Assembly (NCBI RefSeq): GCF_000012285.1 | Contig: NC_007181.1 | Span: forward strand, 930,001-962,000 | DNA from: Sulfolobus acidocaldarius DSM 639 | GTDB taxonomy: Archaea > Thermoproteota > Thermoprotei_A > Sulfolobales > Sulfolobaceae | Direction of reading: 5' to 3' | Length of the DNA: 32,000 nt | In this document: piece after piece, positions 25,807-32,000 of the stretch | Layout: every line of letters begins with the position of its first letter | Position numbering within the stretch: the first letter of the stretch is position 1 | Position numbers and translations under genes: made by a program | The notes under the pieces: generated by a model | Seen by the model: the letters and a program-made list of their open reading frames with translations, nothing else | Told to the model about the DNA's origin: nothing | Databases searched by the model: none

Positions 25807-26509
25807 ATTTGTTTTTGAAACTATTGACTACCATCTTTATAACCTCTATTAATATAAATCAAAGTTCTTACTATCAAGATTAATGCGCGGTCAGTAATAA
25901 GGATTAATATTTATTTGAAGTAATGCTCATGATATAAACTAGATATCTATATCGTGATAAGGTAAAAATTACGCAATTCCTCCTATTACTTTATGCTAGT
26001 TCGAAGTATTAATTTGAAAATACGAATATCTAATTCCTACGATTAACTTTTTAGGTTGTTGTAACTTTGAACTGGTCTAAAAATCTATCGCTCATCGAAA
26101 ATTTTGACAAATTCATGTCTAGATCTAAGATACTTAGAGTTTAAAAGCCTTGTAAAATTTATTTTGATTAATCTAGAGCTTCTATGTTTAATTTAGTGTT
26201 ACGGGAAAAATACCTTATGCCTGGGTCTTAGGAAATATTTCGTTTAACTGGATGAAGCTAACAATATTCGATATATAGGTTTAAATCTAATATCACGTTT
26301 TATGGTATATATCTTAAATTCGTTTCAAGCCTTAATTATGACACCTAATAGCTCTACTAGAATTGAGTATAGATAATGAATTAACTATGTCCCAGTTTCA
26401 AAATATCTCGTTTATCACGCTTTCAAGAGGGCATTTAATCTATTAGTAATCTTTATTAATGTATTTCGCATAATAGTACTAGTGGGTGTGTATATCCTTC
26501 TAAAAACCC

Positions 26510-26725
26510 ATGTTAAGTTGTTATTTCCACGATTCATGTTCAGTATTAGTGAAGGATTTAAGGAGTTTGAAGATCCATCTTGAGAAAAATCCCGCTGATA
26601 AATGCCCAGTTTGCAAGAAGGAAATAAGATCTAAGTGCTTTAGTGATTTGAAGAAGCATGTGAAAATGAGTAAGGATAGTGCGCATGCAGAGCATTTAAA
26701 GATATACAGCGTGTTATACAAATAA
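26510..26725 (+). CDS. Small C2H2-like zinc-finger protein (71 aa), orphan
   Basis: CPVCKKEIRSKCFSDLKKHVKMSKDSAHAEH (CxxC...H...H) plus an upstream C-x5-C...H segment. It is basic. The fully overlapping antisense ORF translates to low-complexity hydrophobic sequence. Confidence 0.35.
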   Translation: MLSCYFHDSCSVLVKDLRSLKIHLEKNPADKCPVCKKEIRSKCFSDLKKHVKMSKDSAHAEHLKIYSVLYK

Positions 26726-26857
26726 CGTGGAGTGTTAGAATAAGAATAACGGTTTGTCTATCTCGTCATAAAGAATAGTAGAATCTTTTTTCTATCTTTA
26801 ACCTAAAAATTAAAAAGAATTTAAAAAGGAATTAAAAAATGATGACATATTAAAAAA

Positions 26858-26867
26858 CTTATTAATA
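26858..26867 (+). promoter_or_regulatory. TATA-box-like element (CTTATTAATA) for the sedolisin operon
   Basis: Centred about 25-27 nt upstream of ATG 26887. Confidence 0.35.
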
Positions 26868-26886
26868 TGATTTATAAGAATATTTT

Positions 26887-29800
26887 ATGCAAGTCAAATT
26901 CTTGATACCAATATCCATACTCTTAATCTCTATAAGTGGAATATTAAGTCTAGGGATCTCAAGCCCCTCAAATCAGAACACATTTTTTAATTCTTATACT
27001 AATGCAAAACTCTTACCATCTAATACCTTACTGACACTAACATTTTTCATCCCGCCCAAGAACCTAAACATGCTATATTATACTGCAGAAGAAGTTGCAA
27101 ACCACCAGATATCTCCCCTAACTCCACAACAAATTATTAAGGAATTTTCTCAGCCAAATAAAGTAACTTCTCTAATTAATTTCCTAGAAAGCAATGGTTT
27201 TACAATATATTATTCTAGCCCATTTGCAGTTGTTGCTACTGCCACTGCAGGAAAAATAGATAACGTGTTTAGTACCGAGTTAGGTTTATTCAGTTATAAC
27301 GGACATGTATACTATAAGCCTCTTACATCTCCTTCATTTAGTCTAACAGGGATTATAGTAGGTGGACTTGACAACGAAACTGCCTTCCAGCCCTATTTTA
27401 TGCAATTGAACAATACGACCCATCCAGCTTTTCAGTTCTCTTACCTAGGGTATGGTCCAAATGCGTTAAGGACTGCATATAATGTTACAGGGACAGGTAA
27501 GAACGTGACAATTGCAATAATAGATGCTTTTGGAGACCCTCTGATATATCAAGATGTAAAGAGTTTCGATCAGATATACGGATTACCACCAGCAAACTTA
27601 AGTGTTTACGCTGTAGGTCCTTACATTCCTGAGCAGGGAATAGCAACAGGTTGGGATATAGAGACAGCTTTAGATGTGGAAGCGGCCCATGCTATGGCTC
27701 CTTATGCCAAAATCAATTTAGTGGTCTCCTCAGATAGTGGTCCAACGCTTTATGCGGCTGTTGATTATGTTGTTACGCAAAAACTAGGAGATGTTGTATC
27801 AATGAGCTGGGGGTTATCTGAAAACTTATTCGCCGCTTCAGGATTCTACTACTTTATAAACGGTCAACCATTTCCCAACTATCCGTACTTAGACTATTAC
27901 TTCGCACTAGGAACTGCTGAGGGAATAACTTTCTTCGCATCGTCAGGTGATACTGGTGCTTATGGCGATTCACTGACCACATACGGTGGTGCATCATTCC
28001 CTGCTACTTCTCCATTCGTTACAGCGGTTGGCGGTACAACTTTGTATTTAAGCTCTGGAAAAGCCTATGAGACAGCCTGGAGTGTATTGCCACAATATTT
28101 TGAGTATGCTGGTACAGTTTCCTCTGGTGGTGGATATAGTACATTTTTCCCTAGACCATGGTACCAAGACGGAGTTATAAACTCCTCATTTAGAGCTGTC
28201 CCTGATGTGGCAGCAGATGCCAATCCATATACCGGATTTAATATTACAGTTTTGGGCTCTGAAGAAATAATTGGAGGAACTAGTTTAGCTTCACCACTCT
28301 GGGCTGGTATGTTGGCTGACATTATCTCTCAGCTAGGTAGACCAATAGGTCTACTCAATCCAATCCTCTACTGGATATACAAGAATCCTGCACTTTACCA
28401 AGAGTCATTCCATCAAATCACCCTTGGTTACAACGGAGAATTTTATGCTAAGCCAGGATATAATTTAGTTACCGGCTTAGGAACTCCTAATGTCGGAGAA
28501 TTATTAAATGCTATTCAGCAATACTTAAAGACAAATAATTTAGAAATTTCAGTCACTACAAATGGTACAATCCCGTGGTATATGTATAATAGTACTGTAA
28601 GTGTAATAGCATACATAACCTATCCTAACGGCACCATAGTGAGCCAAGGAACATTTAGTGCATATATTCAGACTACCAGTGGGACAGTAACAACTATACC
28701 CTTATCATTTAATGGTACTGATTGGGTCGGAAGTTTTAATATACAACCTGGAATGACACCAAATATATGGTCTATAATTGTCAATGGTTCATCAGCAGGC
28801 TTTTCGGGAACTTCGAGCTACGATATAGATGTTGGACAATCAATAAACATCTTATCTCCAATTCCATTCCCCTATGGTCCTCCTTTGTCACTCAACACAC
28901 CATTTGGCGTAGTAGCTCAAATATATAATCCAGATGGAACTCCGGCTGTTAACCAAACAGTTAACGTTTACCTGCTAAAGAATGGAAAGGTTGTGGAGAG
29001 CGCTGTATTAACTCCAACATCTCAACCTGGTGAATATGTTGGTCAGTTAGCCCTTATTACTCCTGCTGAACAGGGCACATATATACTAGTTGTTAACACG
29101 TCTTATGGTAGTGCGTACACTTATGTTTACTTTGGAAACATAATAGAAGGTGCAGTATACACTCCAATAAATACTGGATTTCCTGGAGTATCTCCTGGAC
29201 AGAATATAACGCTATTTGCTTTTACTCTAACTCCAGAAGGGACAGGTCAGTTGTCCTCGAACGTGTCAGCATTTATATACAACCAAAATGGTCAACTAGT
29301 ATCAACAGTTAATTTAACTCAAGCTCCTGAGATAACTCTATTCGGCGTATTTAACTTCTTTGGATTATATTACGCGAACTTCACAATACCTTCAAACTTT
29401 ACTCCAGGATTCTATAGTGTAATCATTCAATCACAGGCGAGAACAGGAATCGGGGTCAGCACAGGTGAGTTCTTCACGTCTTTTTATGTCTCTCCAGCAT
29501 CACTAAGTTACAATATAAAAGTAAAAGGAATAGCTTATGAAGGGCAACACATCAAAATATATGCCAACATAACGTATACTAACGGTACTGAGGTGGAATA
29601 TGGGATATTTAACGCAATTCCGTTGCCTTCATCCATAGCATTTAAGTCTTATTTGGTAGCTACGAATTACTCAGTACCGCTCCAATTTAACTCCACTCTG
29701 GGACTCTGGGAGGGAACTTTCCAGATACCCTCAGTACTTGGGGCAAATTCATTCTATCTAGGATATCCGCCCTACACTTTATCTGGACCTTGGACAGTAT

Positions 29801-30714
29801 ATATATCAGGAGTTTCTGCTAACGGTAACCCAATATCTTCAGGTCCAACTTACTTCAACGTTCTTCCATACACCTACTTAGGTAGTAAAGTGATAATTAC
29901 TAGTCAAAACTACACGAGTGTGCCGTTACTCTCATCCAATTCTCTGAGTAATGTTTACGTAGGTAATCTAGAACTAATAAATGTTAATATCTCCCTGAAT
30001 AATGTTGTAGTAGGTAACTTGACAGTGGTTAACTCACAGGTTGGAGTAAGTAGTTCAACATTAAATTCACTGACCGCGAAGAACTCTAAATTATCAATAG
30101 CCCAATCCACAATAGGTGGTGATCCTGACAGTGTAGCGATACAATTATATAACTCTAGCCTCATACTGACTTCTGTAGTAATAGCAAACTCGACTTATGC
30201 ATTCAATCAGGTCAATAGTAATGTTGAGCTAAACGGAGTAAGCCTATCGAACGTACAACATGTATCTACAATATCACCTCCTACCATATCACCTCAATTT
30301 GTAAATATAACGCAGAAAATAAGTGCACTAAACCTAACTGTCTCCGGTTATAACGCTAAGATACTGAACGTTTTAGTGAATGGAATATCGACAAGGTACT
30401 CAGTTATTAGCTCATCACAAAATTCCACAACGATTTCAATACCCTTCTCTTCATCCGCTTTACCGTCGGGACAATACACTATAGTGGTTATGACATATAA
30501 TGGATTACCGTATAATGTGAGTGCTACGGTATACAATGCTTATCCTCAAATATCACTATCAAGTTCATTGTCTAACGCGACAACCTCACTATCAAGTAAA
30601 ATATCCAGTAATGCGTCTGACGTAGCGTTTTATAGAAATATCACCATAGCTTCCCTAATAATAGCCATAATATCATTGATCCTTGTCATATACTTGTTGT
30701 TAAGAAGGAGGTGA
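26887..30714 (+). CDS. Surface-anchored sedolisin (peptidase S53) with pro-kumamolisin-type propeptide, tandem Ig-like repeats, a beta-helix-like segment and a C-terminal TM anchor (1275 aa)
   Basis: Signal peptide at the N-terminus, then a propeptide region (SPLTPQQIIKEF...LESNGFTI...). The S53 catalytic residues are all present: E259/D263 in GWDIETALDVE (27661-27675), oxyanion D355 in ASSGDTGAYG (27949-27951), and S466 in GGTSLASPLWAG (28282-28284). The C-terminus is a hydrophobic helix followed by LLLRRR. Confidence 0.85.
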   Translation: MQVKFLIPISILLISISGILSLGISSPSNQNTFFNSYTNAKLLPSNTLLTLTFFIPPKNLNMLYYTAEEVANHQISPLTPQQIIKEFSQPNKVTSLINFLESNGFTIYYSSPFAVVATATAGKIDNVFSTELGLFSYNGHVYYKPLTSPSFSLTGIIVGGLDNETAFQPYFMQLNNTTHPAFQFSYLGYGPNALRTAYNVTGTGKNVTIAIIDAFGDPLIYQDVKSFDQIYGLPPANLSVYAVGPYIPEQGIATGWDIETALDVEAAHAMAPYAKINLVVSSDSGPTLYAAVDYVVTQKLGDVVSMSWGLSENLFAASGFYYFINGQPFPNYPYLDYYFALGTAEGITFFASSGDTGAYGDSLTTYGGASFPATSPFVTAVGGTTLYLSSGKAYETAWSVLPQYFEYAGTVSSGGGYSTFFPRPWYQDGVINSSFRAVPDVAADANPYTGFNITVLGSEEIIGGTSLASPLWAGMLADIISQLGRPIGLLNPILYWIYKNPALYQESFHQITLGYNGEFYAKPGYNLVTGLGTPNVGELLNAIQQYLKTNNLEISVTTNGTIPWYMYNSTVSVIAYITYPNGTIVSQGTFSAYIQTTSGTVTTIPLSFNGTDWVGSFNIQPGMTPNIWSIIVNGSSAGFSGTSSYDIDVGQSINILSPIPFPYGPPLSLNTPFGVVAQIYNPDGTPAVNQTVNVYLLKNGKVVESAVLTPTSQPGEYVGQLALITPAEQGTYILVVNTSYGSAYTYVYFGNIIEGAVYTPINTGFPGVSPGQNITLFAFTLTPEGTGQLSSNVSAFIYNQNGQLVSTVNLTQAPEITLFGVFNFFGLYYANFTIPSNFTPGFYSVIIQSQARTGIGVSTGEFFTSFYVSPASLSYNIKVKGIAYEGQHIKIYANITYTNGTEVEYGIFNAIPLPSSIAFKSYLVATNYSVPLQFNSTLGLWEGTFQIPSVLGANSFYLGYPPYTLSGPWTVYISGVSANGNPISSGPTYFNVLPYTYLGSKVIITSQNYTSVPLLSSNSLSNVYVGNLELINVNISLNNVVVGNLTVVNSQVGVSSSTLNSLTAKNSKLSIAQSTIGGDPDSVAIQLYNSSLILTSVVIANSTYAFNQVNSNVELNGVSLSNVQHVSTISPPTISPQFVNITQKISALNLTVSGYNAKILNVLVNGISTRYSVISSSQNSTTISIPFSSSALPSGQYTIVVMTYNGLPYNVSATVYNAYPQISLSSSLSNATTSLSSKISSNASDVAFYRNITIASLIIAIISLILVIYLLLRRR
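30707..30714 (+). promoter_or_regulatory. Shine-Dalgarno GGAGGTGA embedded in the last codons and stop of the sedolisin gene
   Basis: GGAGGTGA is complementary to the Sulfolobales 16S 3' end. It lies 7 nt upstream of ATG 30722. The intergenic gap is only 7 nt, which indicates an operon. Confidence 0.5.
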
Positions 30715-30721
30715 GACAAGA

Positions 30722-32000
30722 ATGAAAGCCCTCTTACTTATACTGGTTATTGCTCTTGGTATTACACCATTAACACTAATGGGGTCTACTACTTCATCCT
30801 CCCATTATGGGGTCTATAATGATATGACGATTTACAACATAACAGGATTTCCTAACGGAGTGGATCCTGCATACTATTCTGAAGAGCCATTTTTCATAAA
30901 GAGCAATGTTACACCTATAATAGTCAACGTAGCCCAAAACATGGTATTCAATAACACAGGAATAATTCCAAAAGTTGTAACATTATATATTCCGCCAGGT
31001 AATTACAGCATGATACTGCTGAACATATCTATCAAAGAGTACGGAGGTGCTCAGTTTGACAGACCTGTTTACATATTTGCAAATGGTATACCAATATTCT
31101 GGGGATCAACACAAGAGATCAGAAATAGTACAGCTCAGACTGATGTCACTATGTTTGAAAACTTGCTACAGGGTAATGTGACTTTCCAGCTTGTCTTAGC
31201 CACTTACTACGCCAAAAGTGTTGGTATAGTTGGTCTTTACTCAATGAACGTAACGCTGTTACTTTATCCAGGTAACAAACCTGCGGGACTACCAAATTAC
31301 TTCATACCGCTCTTCATGAACAGCTTAAACTACTCGAGGGTTGTTCTAAATCCATTAAATGATCAGGTAACCCAAAGTGTAGTAATGCCTAATGGAACAT
31401 TTAGGTCAGTTCTATTGCTCTACTATGAAGGCGGTGGTTTAGATGAATTTTGGTATACGAATATACCAGCCACTAGAAATATACTAGTATATTATAACAG
31501 CCTTTTGGCGGGAGTAGTGAATCCATATCCTATAATATATACAGGCGGGATAAACTTGTTCTGGTGGAGACCGGTAACCTCCATAAACACATTAGCTTTT
31601 GAGACACCACAATATATAGAGCTGACACCCCTCTTAGCAACTTCAACTAAGCCAAATATAACAGTAACAGTTAGTAATCTGTTAGCTTCTGCACAGGAGT
31701 TAGGTTCTACCGCGCTGTCATGGACAATTTCGGGTGTCCTGATGCTTTGGGTGAACAACTCTAACCCATTAATAAGTTCAAAGCTTATATCTGCCGATGC
31801 AAGGTATGTTGACTCTCAGCCGATATTTACAGGTTTATCTGGTTCCACATATTATCAACAGGGAGAATATTATTCAATAAACTACACATCTATACTGAAA
31901 TTCGAGAATGGGCAAGAGTTTGCTACCACTTATGAAGAAGGAAAAGTAACAGCTTACCAATCTTTCAATCCTAGTTTTATCTATCAACAGGCTATACTTG
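30722..32000 (+). CDS. PNGase A-family (peptide-N4-(N-acetyl-beta-glucosaminyl)asparagine amidase A-like) secreted protein; 3' end beyond the window
   Basis: Absent from the ORF track because it is open at the window end. My translation has no stop from 30722 to 32000. It shows a signal peptide (MKALLLILVIALGITPLTLMG) and then the family blocks GGAQFDRPVYIFANGIPIFWGSTQE, GGGLDEFWYTNIP, PYPIIYTGGINLFWWRPVTSINTLAFETPQYIELTPLL and SWTISGVLMLWVN. Confidence 0.7.
   Translation, partial: MKALLLILVIALGITPLTLMGSTTSSSHYGVYNDMTIYNITGFPNGVDPAYYSEEPFFIKSNVTPIIVNVAQNMVFNNTGIIPKVVTLYIPPGNYSMILLNISIKEYGGAQFDRPVYIFANGIPIFWGSTQEIRNSTAQTDVTMFENLLQGNVTFQLVLATYYAKSVGIVGLYSMNVTLLLYPGNKPAGLPNYFIPLFMNSLNYSRVVLNPLNDQVTQSVVMPNGTFRSVLLLYYEGGGLDEFWYTNIPATRNILVYYNSLLAGVVNPYPIIYTGGINLFWWRPVTSINTLAFETPQYIELTPLLATSTKPNITVTVSNLLASAQELGSTALSWTISGVLMLWVNNSNPLISSKLISADARYVDSQPIFTGLSGSTYYQQGEYYSINYTSILKFENGQEFATTYEEGKVTAYQSFNPSFIYQQAIL

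Noticed and set aside
26521-26721. 66-aa minus-strand ORF mirroring the zinc-finger ORF
   Set aside because: Its translation (FKCSACALSLLIFTCFFKSL...) has no motif and is hydrophobic nonsense, whereas the plus-strand frame has CxxC/H...H spacing. Confidence in either frame is limited.
26839-26845. ATGATGA C-box-like heptamer in the sedolisin upstream region
   Set aside because: No CTGA D box occurs within the following roughly 70 nt. The match is most likely chance in A/T-rich promoter DNA.
28065-31758. Minus-strand ORFs 28065-28322, 29955-30164, 30348-30536 and 31492-31758
   Set aside because: They are antisense to the sedolisin and PNGase-A-like genes, both of which have unambiguous family motifs in the plus frame.

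Overview
AT-rich archaeal chromosomal segment. It looks like Sulfolobales: apparently leaderless genes have a TATA box about 27 nt upstream of the ATG, and a GGTGA-type Shine-Dalgarno appears only inside an operon. Secreted proteins are sequon-dense with a Ser/Thr stalk and a C-terminal TM anchor. A VKOR homologue and a 3HP/4HB-type dehydrogenase-hydratase fusion are also present. I found no rRNA, tRNA, CRISPR array or recognisable transposase. Content from left to right: acyl-CoA synthetase (partial, minus strand); APC amino-acid permease; an isolated two-gene HerA-like ATPase + NurA-like nuclease operon; a small orphan ORF with an in-frame 18-bp tandem duplication; a membrane-anchored PLC/AcpA-type phosphoesterase; a metallophosphoesterase divergent from an 'archaeal ATPase' (P-loop + wHTH); the fused 3-hydroxyacyl-CoA dehydrogenase/enoyl-CoA hydratase; an MFS transporter; a TPP enzyme; VKOR; a polytopic membrane protein plus a secreted Ser/Thr-stalk glycoprotein; a translationally coupled Nre-like Zn-finger protein + SplB-like radical-SAM pair; a decayed stretch in which two 5'-truncated gene remnants (LigB-type dioxygenase, CoxL/XDH-type molybdoenzyme) abut head-to-head, followed by about 700 bp of non-coding DNA and an orphan C2H2-like ORF; and finally a giant surface-anchored sedolisin (S53) protease coupled by an SD to a PNGase-A-family gene that runs off the window. 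The best candidate for an uncharacterised system is the stand-alone HerA-like/NurA-like module at 4617-7491. The Nre/radical-SAM pair and the sedolisin/PNGase-A operon come next. All functional calls rest on motifs I read in the translations; no database search was possible.
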